Positions 18,412 to 27,991 of a DNA stretch of 64,000 nucleotides are shown piece after piece. This stretch comes from Candidatus Woesebacteria bacterium (GTDB taxonomy: Bacteria > Patescibacteriota > Microgenomatia > UBA8517): the NCBI GenBank assembly GCA_020060565.1, contig JAGVAE010000001.1, positions 66,671 to 130,670 of the forward strand, written 5' to 3'. A model generated the notes under the pieces. It saw only the letters and a program-made list of their open reading frames with translations. It searched no databases and was not told the DNA's origin. Every line of letters begins with the position of its first letter. Positions within the stretch are counted from its first letter, which is position 1. Both the position numbers and the translations under genes were made by a program.

Positions 18412-18964
18412 AGTCCAAAAGTCTGATAAATTTGCTGTTGCTGTTGTTGGATCAAGGCAGATAAGTTTACGTGGAAAAAATTTTACTAAAAAGTTTGTCA
18501 AAGAACTGGTTAAAAATAAGGTAACTATTGTCTCGGGACTTGCTCGCGGGATAGATACCGTTGCCCATGAAACTGCACTTAATAATGGAGGAAGAACAAT
18601 TGCAGTATTAGGGTCGGGGTTAAATATAATTTATCCTCCTGAAAATGTGGATCTTGCTAAAAAGATTGTTAAACAGGGTGCCTTGATTTCTCCTTTTGCA
18701 CCTAATACAAAACCAATTGGCAAGAACTTTTTAGCTAGAAATAGAGTAATAGTCTCTCTCTCACTTGCTGTTTTGGTTATTGAAGGACAAGCCCGAAGTG
18801 GTACACTATCGACCGCGTCTTGGGCGGCAAACATGGGGGTAGAAGTATTTGCAATTCCTGGAAGTCCTGCCACAGATTGGTTGATCGAACAAGGAGCGAG
18901 TATTGCAACTACCCCACAAGACGTAATACAGTATCTTAAGTCAAATGCAGTTATTGATAGTTGA
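18395..18964 (+). CDS. dprA: DNA-processing protein DprA, Rossmann core only
   Basis: VAVVGSR, IVSGLARGID, FLARNRVI and SGTLST motifs; upstream of topA. Confidence 0.92.
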   Translation: MYTQGKVQKSDKFAVAVVGSRQISLRGKNFTKKFVKELVKNKVTIVSGLARGIDTVAHETALNNGGRTIAVLGSGLNIIYPPENVDLAKKIVKQGALISPFAPNTKPIGKNFLARNRVIVSLSLAVLVIEGQARSGTLSTASWAANMGVEVFAIPGSPATDWLIEQGASIATTPQDVIQYLKSNAVIDS

Positions 18965-20915
18965 GTCACCAACAAAAGCTAGGACACTATCTAAATTTTT
19001 AGGTAGTGGGTTTGATGTGGAAGCAACTACTGGGCACATTAAAGACTTACCCAAAAGTACCTTGGGAATTGATATTAAGAACAATTTTACTCCAGAGTAT
19101 GTGGATGTAGTTAAAAGAAAAGAAACAATAAAAACCATACAGCATAAAGCAAAAAGCGCAAAGCAAGTTTATATCGCAACAGACCCTGACCGTGAGGGGG
19201 AGGCCATCGCTCAACATGTTGCTGAGGTGCTTCGCTCAAATTCAAAATTTAAAATTAAAAATTTAAAATTGAACCGCATTTCGTTTCACGAGATTACCAA
19301 AGAGGCTGTAGAAGACGCAATTGCACAACCAAGGGAGATTGATAGAAACTTGGTTGATGCTCAAATTGCAAGACGTGTACTAGATAGACTGGTTGGTTAT
19401 AAACTCTCTCCGCTTCTTTGGAAAAAAGTAAGAAGGGGACTTTCTGCAGGTCGTGTACAATCTGTTGCAGTTAGACTTATTGTTGAAAAGGAACGAGAGA
19501 TTGAAAAGTTTAAATCTGATGAATATTGGGAAATTAATGCACTTCTTAAAACTTCAAAATCAAAAGAGTTTCAAGCACAGCTTGTTAAGAGTGAGGTTAA
19601 AGAAAAGAGATTAGCTGATCAAATTTTGGCGAATCTAAAAAAAGCGAAGTATGTAGTTTCTGATGTTAGGAAGCGTCAAGTTATTAAAAAACCATATACC
19701 CCTTTTACGACTTCGACGATGACTCAAGCTGCTGCAAGGATTATGGGTTGGTCTTCTAAAAAAACAATGTCAGTTGCACAGAAATTATATGAAGAAGGTC
19801 TTATTACATATCATAGAACTGACTCACTAAATCTTTCAGTCCCAGCAGTTACCAAAGCTAGGGAATATATAAAGAAAAACTACGGTGTAACATATCTCCC
19901 CGAAACACCAAGATTATATAAAACAGAAAGTAAAGTTGCTCAAGAAGCACATGAGGCAATACGCCCAACTGGTCTGAATGAAAAATTGCAGCCAAATGAT
20001 GATAAATATTTTGCAGATGAGCAAAAACTATATGAATTAATCTGGGCAAGATTTATTGCTTGTCAGATGAACCCTTCAATATATGATGAAACGACAATCG
20101 ATGTTGCAGCTGGAAAATATTTACTTCGTGCATCAGGACAAATAATGAAATTTGATGGTTGGAGAAGAGTTTTGCCTGCCAAAAAAGATCCAGAAGAAGT
20201 TGTTGTTATTCTTCCCGATGTTTCGAAGGATGAAGAACTCAAACTGGTTAAAACTTGGGGAGATCAAAAATTTACCCAACCTCCTGCAAGATTTAACGAA
20301 GCCTCACTTATTAAAACCCTAGAAAAGTTAGGAATTGGTAGACCTTCAACCTATGCTCCAACAATTTCTGTAATCCAAATTAGAAACTATGTTGAAAAGA
20401 ATGACAGTAAACAATTTGTTCCAACGGTGGTTGGAGTAGCAGTTAATGATTTCTTAATAGGTAATTTTCCTGATACTTTTGATTATCAATTTACCGCTGA
20501 AATGGAAGGGGAGTTGGATAGTGTAGCTGAAGGAAAACTGGCTTGGGTAAAAACAATCAAAGATTTTTGGAAACCGTTTGATAAGAAACTTGTGAGTGTT
20601 GAAAAGAACGCCAAAAGAGTAAAAATTGAAGTTGAAAAATTGGGTAAGATTTGCCCCGATTGTAAAAAAGGGGAACTGGTTATAAGAACGGGAAGGTTTG
20701 GTAAGTTTATTTCTTGCTCACTTTTTCCAGATTGTAAACATACTGAAAAATATTTGGAAAAAGTTGGGGTAAAATGCCCCGATTGTAAAGAAGGGGATGT
20801 CATTGTTAAAAAGACTAGCAAAGGCAGAAAGTTTTTTGGTTGCAGTAGGTACCCCGATTGTAAATATGCCTCCTGGCGTAGTCCTAAGAAAGAAGAAGAG
20901 AGTCAAAAAGTTTAG
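18945..20915 (+). CDS. topA: DNA topoisomerase I
   Basis: IVESPTKA, ATDPDREGEAI, SAGRVQS, ITYHRTDS, GIGRPSTY; two C-terminal zinc ribbons. Confidence 0.98.
   Translation: MQLLIVESPTKARTLSKFLGSGFDVEATTGHIKDLPKSTLGIDIKNNFTPEYVDVVKRKETIKTIQHKAKSAKQVYIATDPDREGEAIAQHVAEVLRSNSKFKIKNLKLNRISFHEITKEAVEDAIAQPREIDRNLVDAQIARRVLDRLVGYKLSPLLWKKVRRGLSAGRVQSVAVRLIVEKEREIEKFKSDEYWEINALLKTSKSKEFQAQLVKSEVKEKRLADQILANLKKAKYVVSDVRKRQVIKKPYTPFTTSTMTQAAARIMGWSSKKTMSVAQKLYEEGLITYHRTDSLNLSVPAVTKAREYIKKNYGVTYLPETPRLYKTESKVAQEAHEAIRPTGLNEKLQPNDDKYFADEQKLYELIWARFIACQMNPSIYDETTIDVAAGKYLLRASGQIMKFDGWRRVLPAKKDPEEVVVILPDVSKDEELKLVKTWGDQKFTQPPARFNEASLIKTLEKLGIGRPSTYAPTISVIQIRNYVEKNDSKQFVPTVVGVAVNDFLIGNFPDTFDYQFTAEMEGELDSVAEGKLAWVKTIKDFWKPFDKKLVSVEKNAKRVKIEVEKLGKICPDCKKGELVIRTGRFGKFISCSLFPDCKHTEKYLEKVGVKCPDCKEGDVIVKKTSKGRKFFGCSRYPDCKYASWRSPKKEEESQKV
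19238..19272 (+). repeat. Heptamer-periodic tract inside topA
   Basis: aaattca aaattta aaattaa aaattta aaattga, encoding NSKFKIKNLKL; near-identical to the rnhB tract. Confidence 0.8.
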
Positions 20916-21301
20916 AGACCTGTTTCAAAAAATCATTCTTAGTTCCTGTGTTAGCAATCGTATAATCGGCCATAGCAATTGTTCCTCCTTCCGAACTCTT
21001 TCTTTAAGACTTTATAATCCTCAAAACTATAAAAGCCATCTCCTAACACATTACCCCTTCTTAATAGTTTCTTAAATTTAGGTAGATTTAAAATTGCAAA
21101 AGCACCCATACCATATTTTTTTCTTATTTTTTCACGAATTGGCCTCTCATTTTCTTCTGTTGGTTCAAGTCCTCCTTTTTTGACTTCATCTAAAGTGATT
21201 TGACCAAATCTCAAAAATTGATAACCTTTCTTAACAAAGAAATCAGAAGCAGTACTTTTACCCGAACCTGGGAGACCTGTTATACAAACAAGTTTATTCA
21301 T
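20884..21301 (-). pseudogene. P-loop nucleotide kinase (CoaE/NMP-kinase-like), frameshifted with probable internal deletion
   Basis: ITGLPGSGKST P-loop; family-like C-terminus GGTIAMADYTIANTGTKNDFLKQVSKL lies in another frame (20884-20988). Confidence 0.7.
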
Positions 21302-21441
21302 TGTTTATTATTAATAACAAAAAATTTTATGAAAAGAAACAACGTAAACCCTCTTTCCATATTGACATGTGTAAAGGTTGTTGCTAAAAAGCTATAACGA
21401 TATTTCAATGCCGTTGGATTTAACAAGTACAATAAGTAAAC

Positions 21442-22059
21442 ATGATTTCAACAAAATCCTATCTCCTTCAAAATGTCAGAGGAACTCTTCCTGATTGGGT
21501 GATTAAAGAATATATAAATTCAGGGGAGATAAAAATTGACAATCTATCTAAAGATTGGGAGAAAGATATAGATCAGGTTTCAATGGATTTTCACCTAGGA
21601 AAAAGAATTTTGATTCCAACGATGGGGAGGCATGTAGTTATTGATATTAGAAAAGGTGTTAATCCTGCCATGTATGAAAAACTTGAATTAAAAGTTGGAG
21701 ATCCCATTACGATAAGACCTGGGCAATTCTTTATAGGAGAAACACTAGAAAGTTTGACACTTCCTGATTTTATAATTGGCCGTTTGGAGGGTAAAAGTAG
21801 TTTTGCCAGGTTAGGGATAGTTATTCATCAGACGTCAGCTCGTTTTGATCCTGGTTGGAGTGGTCCTGCAGCATTGGAACTTAAAAATAACAGTGACAAT
21901 GATGTTGTTATTTATTGTGGAGACAAGATATGTGCATTTTCTTTTGAAAAACTTTCAGCTCCAGTTGAGAACACATATGATCGTACCACTCCGCGTTATC
22001 ATGGAAATAAAGTTCTACACAGTCAAATAAACAATGACAACCAAAAAACCAGTAGTTAA
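21442..22059 (+). CDS. dcd: dCTP deaminase
   Basis: EGKSSFARLG and DPGWSG motifs. Confidence 0.93.
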   Translation: MISTKSYLLQNVRGTLPDWVIKEYINSGEIKIDNLSKDWEKDIDQVSMDFHLGKRILIPTMGRHVVIDIRKGVNPAMYEKLELKVGDPITIRPGQFFIGETLESLTLPDFIIGRLEGKSSFARLGIVIHQTSARFDPGWSGPAALELKNNSDNDVVIYCGDKICAFSFEKLSAPVENTYDRTTPRYHGNKVLHSQINNDNQKTSS

Positions 22060-22474
22060 ATTTACCCTTTTAAGTAAAGGAGCAAAATTACCTTCATATG
22101 CACACGAAGACGATGCAGGGCTTGATATTTACTCAAATGAGTCTTTAGTCTTGAAAAAAGGTCAATATGTGGGAATATCTACAGGAATATCATCTGAGAT
22201 ACCAAAGGGTTATTTTATTTCCTTTAGAGACAAAAGTGGTTTGGCTTATAATTTTGGTTTACATGTTTTGGGTGGTGTGATAGACGCGGGATATCGAGGA
22301 GAGTGGAAAGTAATTCTTGTAAATCTCGGTAGAAAGAATTATAAAATTGAAAAAGGCGATAAGATTGTTCAGGGGGTTTTACAATTAGCTCCCCAGGCAA
22401 AGATAGTCGAATCAAAAAATCTTTCTAAAAGTAAAAGAGGAATAAAAGGTTTTGGAAGCACAGGTAAAAAATAA
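22034..22474 (+). CDS. dut: dUTP diphosphatase
   Basis: AGLDI, KSGLA, GVIDAGYRGE and RGIKGFGSTG motifs. Confidence 0.96.
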   Translation: MTTKKPVVKFTLLSKGAKLPSYAHEDDAGLDIYSNESLVLKKGQYVGISTGISSEIPKGYFISFRDKSGLAYNFGLHVLGGVIDAGYRGEWKVILVNLGRKNYKIEKGDKIVQGVLQLAPQAKIVESKNLSKSKRGIKGFGSTGKK

Positions 22475-22481
22475 ACAAAGT

Positions 22482-23459
22482 ATGACGAAAAGACATCCTG
22501 AGTACCAATATTTAGATTTACTACGTGAATTAGTTGAACATGGAGTTATGCAAAAAGATGTAAATACCGGTGTAAAAACTTTCAGTAAGTTTGGAGCCCA
22601 AATAAGATTTGATTTGGCGGATGATTTTCCGCTTTTGACAACTAAAAAAGTTTGGTGGAAGGGGGTTGTGGCAGAACTTTATTGGTTTTTGTCTGGCCAA
22701 TCCAACATTAAATATTTAGTTGATAATGATGTACATATTTGGGATGACTATCCTTATAAAATGTACAAAGAAAAAATGCTTAAGGGGAAAGTTCCTGAAC
22801 TAACAAAGGATGAATTTATAGAAAAGATAAAGACAGACAAAAAGTATGCTAAAAAGTATGGAGAACTTCCACATATTTATGGCGAGCTTTGGAGGAGATG
22901 GCCAGCAAAAGGTAGAACCATTGACCAAGTTAAGTGGGTATTGAAAGAGATGAAGAATGATCCCGATGCTCACAACTTAATTGTTAATTCTTGGAATCCT
23001 GAATTTTTGTATGGAATGGCACTTCCTGAAGAGGCATCAAGATTTCCGATTTGTCATAACATGTATCAACTTAATGTTAAGAACGGGAGACTATGTCTAC
23101 ATTTATATCAAAGAAGCGCTGACATTTTTCTTGGGGTACCCTTTAATATCGCAAGCTATGCTCTTTTGACTCTTATCTTTGCAAAAGTAATGGGTTATAA
23201 ACCTGGTGAATTTATCCACACTTTTGGAGATGTTCATATTTACGAAAATCATTTCGCCCAGGCGAAGGAACAATTGGCAAGAAAACCAAAAAAATTCCCT
23301 ACGGTTAAAATTGATTCGAAAGTAAAAACTGTAGATCAATTTAGACCAAAACATGTGATATTGGAAGACTATAATCCTCATCCTCCTATAAAAGCTGAGT
23401 TAACTGTGTCTGGTGGCTATTTTTCAAAAGAAGCCAAAGCTAAGGAAAAAAAGAAATGA
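22482..23459 (+). CDS. thyA: Thymidylate synthase ThyA
   Basis: FPLLTTKK, PICH and YQRSADIFLGVPFNIASY motifs; start ATG at 22482. Confidence 0.97.
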   Translation: MTKRHPEYQYLDLLRELVEHGVMQKDVNTGVKTFSKFGAQIRFDLADDFPLLTTKKVWWKGVVAELYWFLSGQSNIKYLVDNDVHIWDDYPYKMYKEKMLKGKVPELTKDEFIEKIKTDKKYAKKYGELPHIYGELWRRWPAKGRTIDQVKWVLKEMKNDPDAHNLIVNSWNPEFLYGMALPEEASRFPICHNMYQLNVKNGRLCLHLYQRSADIFLGVPFNIASYALLTLIFAKVMGYKPGEFIHTFGDVHIYENHFAQAKEQLARKPKKFPTVKIDSKVKTVDQFRPKHVILEDYNPHPPIKAELTVSGGYFSKEAKAKEKKK

Positions 23460-23971
23460 ATCTTCCTAAGGTAAGCATAATCGTTGCGATAGATGAAAAA
23501 GGCGGTATTGGAAAAAATGACAAAATTCCGTGGCATATAAAAAAAGATTTGGTCAGACTTGCTAATATGACGAGGGATCATATGGCGATAATTGGGGATA
23601 GATCATATAATTCAATGGCAGGGTACTATGATAGAAGTGGTAGGCCAATGCCAGCAAAAGAGTATTTAGTACTATCAAAGAATAAAGATTTCAAAAGCCA
23701 AAGAAACAACACTTCAGTTGCTACATCGATTGGGGACGCTTTAAATAGGATTAAAAAAAGCGGAGAGAAAGAAGTCTTTGTGATAGGTGGGGCCTCGATA
23801 TATAAACAGTTTATTGAATTTGCGGATAGATTATATTTAACGGTAGTCAAAGGGGAGTTTAATTGCGACACCTTTTTCCCAGATTATTCAGATTTTAATA
23901 AAGAAATTTTCTCAGAGGAAGATTTTGATGAAGGTCACAGATTTACCTTCAGAATTTTAGAAAGAGAATAG
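23456..23971 (+). CDS. folA: Dihydrofolate reductase
   Basis: GIGKNDKIPWHIKKD, FVIGGASIY and CDTFFP motifs; follows thyA. Confidence 0.95.
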   Translation: MNLPKVSIIVAIDEKGGIGKNDKIPWHIKKDLVRLANMTRDHMAIIGDRSYNSMAGYYDRSGRPMPAKEYLVLSKNKDFKSQRNNTSVATSIGDALNRIKKSGEKEVFVIGGASIYKQFIEFADRLYLTVVKGEFNCDTFFPDYSDFNKEIFSEEDFDEGHRFTFRILERE

Positions 23972-23983
23972 TATAATTTACCT

Positions 23984-25285
23984 ATGAACAAAATTTCGGA
24001 TTTGATTAAACAGGAAAAAAAACGTCAGGAGGAAACTTTGATGATGATTCCTTCTGAAAATTATGCTTCAAGGCAAGTAAGGGCTGCTGTTGGGTCGGTC
24101 CTCATGAATAAATATTCCGAAGGCTATGCAGAAAGAAGATATTACCAGGGAAATAAAGTGATTGATGAAATTGAAAATTTTGCGATAGAAAAAGCAAAAA
24201 AGCTTTTTGGAGTGGAACATGTAAATGTTCAGCCGTATTCTGGTTCTCCTGCCAATGCAGAAGTTTTATTTGCGTTAGTTAATCAAGGGGATAAAATAAT
24301 GGGACTAAAGTTAAGTAGCGGTGGGCATTTAACCCACGGGCATCCTGATATTACTTTTTCTGGGAGATTCTATAAATCTGTTCAGTTTGGAACTGAAGAT
24401 AACGGAATTATTGATTACGACGAGGTTGAAGAACTAGTTAAGATTGAGAAACCAAAACTTCTAATAATAGGAACAACCGCGTACCCGTTGGTTTTGGATT
24501 GGAAAAGATTGGGTAGTATTGCCGACTCAATCGGTGCTTGGCTTGTTGCTGATATTTCTCATGTGTCTGGTTTGGTTTTGGCAGGGGTTTATCCTTCTCC
24601 TGTTCCTTTTTGTCACATTGTGACAACTACAACGCATAAAACATTAAGAGGACCCAGGGGAGCAATGATTATGGTTACCAAAAAAGGGGTTAAGAAAGAT
24701 CCTGAAATCGCTTCTAAAATTGACCGTGCAGTTTTTCCTGGACTTCAAGGAGGTCCACACAATAATACAACTGCAGGCATTGCACAAGCTTTGATTGAGG
24801 CAGACAGTTCTGAATTTAAAAAATATGGAAAACAGATTGTTGTTAATGCGAAGGTTTTAGCAAAAGAATTAAAAAAAGGAGGACTTACCATTGTTACAGG
24901 TGGAACAGAATGTCATTTGATAGTAGTGGACTTAAGACCTTTGGGGCTTTCTGGTAATGTTGTTGCTGAAGCTTTGGAGACTTCTGGAATTATAGTTAAT
25001 AGAAACTCAGTTCCTAATGATCCTGCTCCTCCTTTCTATCCATCTGGAATTCGTTTAGGGACCCCAGGGCTTACAACTCGTGGGATGGGGGAAAAGGAAA
25101 TGGTTGTTGTAGCAAGCATGATTTTAAGGGTAGTGGATCATGTAAAAGATCAAGTTCTCCCTGAGGAAAAAGAAAAAAGAGTTGAGTTCATGAAATCTTT
25201 TAGAAAAGGGCTTGCCAAAGATAAATTTTTACAAAGTATTGCTTTTGAGGTTAAGTCTCTCTGCAAAAAGTTCCCCCCTGTTTGA
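23984..25285 (+). CDS. glyA: Serine hydroxymethyltransferase
   Basis: SENY, GGHLTHG, TTTTHKTLRGPRG and SGIRLGTP motifs. Confidence 0.98.
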   Translation: MNKISDLIKQEKKRQEETLMMIPSENYASRQVRAAVGSVLMNKYSEGYAERRYYQGNKVIDEIENFAIEKAKKLFGVEHVNVQPYSGSPANAEVLFALVNQGDKIMGLKLSSGGHLTHGHPDITFSGRFYKSVQFGTEDNGIIDYDEVEELVKIEKPKLLIIGTTAYPLVLDWKRLGSIADSIGAWLVADISHVSGLVLAGVYPSPVPFCHIVTTTTHKTLRGPRGAMIMVTKKGVKKDPEIASKIDRAVFPGLQGGPHNNTTAGIAQALIEADSSEFKKYGKQIVVNAKVLAKELKKGGLTIVTGGTECHLIVVDLRPLGLSGNVVAEALETSGIIVNRNSVPNDPAPPFYPSGIRLGTPGLTTRGMGEKEMVVVASMILRVVDHVKDQVLPEEKEKRVEFMKSFRKGLAKDKFLQSIAFEVKSLCKKFPPV

Positions 25286-25305
25286 TAGCTTTTGCATCAA
25301 ACTGG

Positions 25306-25338
25306 GTCCCGTTGGATCTGAAAGTATCCAACTGGGAC
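25306..25338. terminator. Hairpin between glyA and folD (possible terminator)
   Basis: GTCCC-GTTGGAT / ATCCAAC-T-GGGAC stem; no clear U-tract. Confidence 0.4.
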
Positions 25339-25382
25339 ATTAAATCCCGATTCTAAGCCTAAAATGATATATAATACAGTTT

Positions 25383-26180
25383 ATGGCAATTGTTTTTGAT
25401 GGCAGAAAGTTTGCGGCTGAGAAAGAAACAGCTCTAACTCTTCGTGTTTTGGGTCTTAAAACCCGTGGTGTGCACCCCAAACTTGCGTCTATTATTGTGG
25501 GTGAGGACCCTGCAAGTAAACTATATGTGGGATTAAAGAAGAAAGCTGGAGAAAAAATTGGGGCAGAGGTAGATATTTACTACATTAAGGAGAACTCAAA
25601 GCTTTTAGATCTTCTCCTTCTTATTAAAACCCTAAATGAAGATGAGACTGTTCATGGGATTATGATACAGATGCCAATCCCAGGTCCCCTGGGAAATTCC
25701 AAATTCAAAATTCTAAATTCTATAAACCCCGAGAAGGATGTAGATGGATTAAGAGTTGATAGCCCATATCTTCACCCAACAAGTAAAGCTGTGATGCAGG
25801 TGATTGATGAGGCTAAAAAGGAAGTTGTCTTGACTGATTATACAGTGGTTGTAGTTGGAGCAACTGGAATGGTTGGTGAACCACTTGTGCGTGAACTAAA
25901 AGACCAACTATATAAAGTTATTGAGTGTAGTACTAAAACAAAAGATTTGAGTGTACAAACTCGTAAAGCTGATATTTTAGTTAGTGTCACGGGAGTGCCT
26001 GGAATTATTACTTCTGATATGGTCAAAGATGGGGCAGTCATAATTGATGTTGGTTCTCCCAAAGGAGATGTGGAGTTTCTAGAAGTTTCAAAGAAAGCTT
26101 CTTTTATCTCTCCTGTTCCTGGTGGGGTAGGACCCATCACAATATCTTGCCTACTTGAGAATTTGATCTTGGCGTGTTAA
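25383..26180 (+). CDS. folD: Methylenetetrahydrofolate dehydrogenase/cyclohydrolase
   Basis: PEKDVDG, IDVG and SPVPGGVGPIT motifs. Confidence 0.96.
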   Translation: MAIVFDGRKFAAEKETALTLRVLGLKTRGVHPKLASIIVGEDPASKLYVGLKKKAGEKIGAEVDIYYIKENSKLLDLLLLIKTLNEDETVHGIMIQMPIPGPLGNSKFKILNSINPEKDVDGLRVDSPYLHPTSKAVMQVIDEAKKEVVLTDYTVVVVGATGMVGEPLVRELKDQLYKVIECSTKTKDLSVQTRKADILVSVTGVPGIITSDMVKDGAVIIDVGSPKGDVEFLEVSKKASFISPVPGGVGPITISCLLENLILAC

Positions 26181-26183
26181 TAT

Positions 26184-26246
26184 TCCCATATCACACGCAG
26201 GTTAAGCTTCCTGGATTACTTCCAACCTGCGGCGGGATAAGGAAGC
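26184..26246 (+). promoter_or_regulatory. Structured rpsB leader (candidate S2 leader)
   Basis: CACAC then a GCAGGTT/AACCTGC stem; loop GCTTCCT complementary to downstream AGGAAGC. Confidence 0.5.
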
Positions 26247-26273
26247 AAGCTAATTTCTAATTTCTAATAACTA

Positions 26274-26978
26274 ATGGCTAACGTAAAAGTATCGCTTGAA
26301 GATTTACTTAATTCTGGAGCCCATTTTGGGCACCAGACTAAAAGATGGAATCCTAAGATGGAGGAATATCTTTATGGCTCAGACAATGGGGTCCATGTTT
26401 TTGATTTAACAAAGACTAAACCCATGCTTGAGGAAGCTTTGGAATTTCTTTCAAAATCTGTTAAAGAAGGAAAAACCATTCTTCTTCTTGGAACCAAAAA
26501 ACAAATTAAAGATAAAGTGGCTGAAGTTGGTGAAGCTCTTGGAATTGCCTATGTTAACGAACGTTGGTTGGGAGGAACTATTTCCAATTTTAATCAAATG
26601 CAAAACTCTTTAAGGAAAATGACCGAGATGACAGAAAATGTAGCCAGTGGTTTTTACAATAAGTACACCAAAAAAGAAAGACTTCTAATCGACCGCGAAA
26701 TTACCCGACTTGAGAGATTCTTTGGGGGAATTAAAAACCTAAAAGGAGTTCCTGATGTCCTTTTTGTTATTGATACCAAGCGCGAAGCAGGAGCGGTTCA
26801 TGAAGCAAATACAAAAAAGGTTCCCGTTATTGGAATTGTAGACAGCAACAGCGATCCTGATATGATTGACTATCCAATTCCTATGAATGATGATGCTTCA
26901 AAAGCATTAGAATATGTATTAGATTTGTTCAAAAGTACCGTTGAGAAAGCCAAAGGAAAAAATGCAAAAGAAAATTAA
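26274..26978 (+). CDS. rpsB: 30S ribosomal protein S2
   Basis: GAHFGHQTKRWNPKM, RWLGGTISN and YPIPMNDD motifs. Confidence 0.98.
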   Translation: MANVKVSLEDLLNSGAHFGHQTKRWNPKMEEYLYGSDNGVHVFDLTKTKPMLEEALEFLSKSVKEGKTILLLGTKKQIKDKVAEVGEALGIAYVNERWLGGTISNFNQMQNSLRKMTEMTENVASGFYNKYTKKERLLIDREITRLERFFGGIKNLKGVPDVLFVIDTKREAGAVHEANTKKVPVIGIVDSNSDPDMIDYPIPMNDDASKALEYVLDLFKSTVEKAKGKNAKEN

Positions 26979-27417
26979 TATTGAACTAATTAAAAAATTA
27001 AGAGAAGAAACAGGGGTTGCTATAATTCGCATCCGTGAGGTATTAGAGGAAGTTGGCGGAGGTGAGAAAAAAGCTCTTGCGGTTTTGAAGAAAGAAGCTT
27101 TGGAAAAAGCAGAAAAAAGAGAGGGACGAGAAACTTCTCAAGGAAAAATCTTTGCCTATGCACATCACACAGGGAAAGTTGTCGGAATAGTCGAGCTTCT
27201 GTGCGAAACTGATTTCGTAGCTAAAAATGAATTGTTTGAAACCCTGGGAAAAGAACTTTCTTTACAAGTTGCATCCATGGGGGATGAAGATTTTGAAAAT
27301 CAAGAATATATTAAGGATGGAAGCAAGAAAGTAAAAGATTTAGTTAAAGAATTAATTGCAAAAACTGGTGAGAATGTAAAATTAGGTCGTGTTCAAAAAC
27401 TTGAACTCGGCGGGTAA
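26962..27417 (+). CDS. tsf: Elongation factor Ts (short form)
   Basis: IKKLREETG, ELLCETDFVAKN and KTGENV motifs; follows rpsB. Confidence 0.95.
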   Translation: MQKKINIELIKKLREETGVAIIRIREVLEEVGGGEKKALAVLKKEALEKAEKREGRETSQGKIFAYAHHTGKVVGIVELLCETDFVAKNELFETLGKELSLQVASMGDEDFENQEYIKDGSKKVKDLVKELIAKTGENVKLGRVQKLELGG

Positions 27418-27436
27418 ACGTGTTTTAATCAACTTA

Positions 27437-27991
27437 ATGGATGAAGCTTCAGTTTTAGCAAAAATGCAATCGGCGGTTAGTGCTGTGGCGGGAGATATCG
27501 CGGGAGTTAGAACAGGAAGAGCAAGTCCTGCACTTGTTGAAAATATAACAGTTCCTGCATATGGTGGTACCCAAAGACTAAGAGTAATGGAAGTAGGAAG
27601 TATAACATCCCCCGATCCAACACAGATTGTTATTTCCCCTTGGGATAAAAGCATAATTGGAGATATTAGAAAAGGAATATTGGAAGCCAATGTGGGACTA
27701 AATCCTTCAATAGACGGGGAAGTAATTAGAATTGCCATTGCGCCACTTACTACTGAAGATAGGGAAAAATATGTAAAGATTCTTTCTGCCAAACTTGAAA
27801 ACGGAAAAATAATGGTTAGGCAAGTCAGGGCAGATGAAATGCATGAGATTAAAAAGAAGTTTGAAGCAAAAGAAATTACAGAAGATGATAAGTTTGCTTT
27901 TGAGAAAAAACTCCAAGAATTAACAGACTCTTCTATCGCAAAAATTGAAGAAATGGGGGAAAGAAAGAAAACTGAGTTATTACAGATTTAA
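27437..27991 (+). CDS. frr: Ribosome recycling factor
   Basis: VRTGRASP, LNPSIDG and PLTTEDRE motifs; start ATG at 27437. Confidence 0.96.
   Translation: MDEASVLAKMQSAVSAVAGDIAGVRTGRASPALVENITVPAYGGTQRLRVMEVGSITSPDPTQIVISPWDKSIIGDIRKGILEANVGLNPSIDGEVIRIAIAPLTTEDREKYVKILSAKLENGKIMVRQVRADEMHEIKKKFEAKEITEDDKFAFEKKLQELTDSSIAKIEEMGERKKTELLQI

Noticed and set aside
25290-25360. Folate or ZTP riboswitch between glyA and folD
   Set aside because: Only a single hairpin is present, no aptamer consensus was recognised, and the apparent folD -10 box lies downstream of it.
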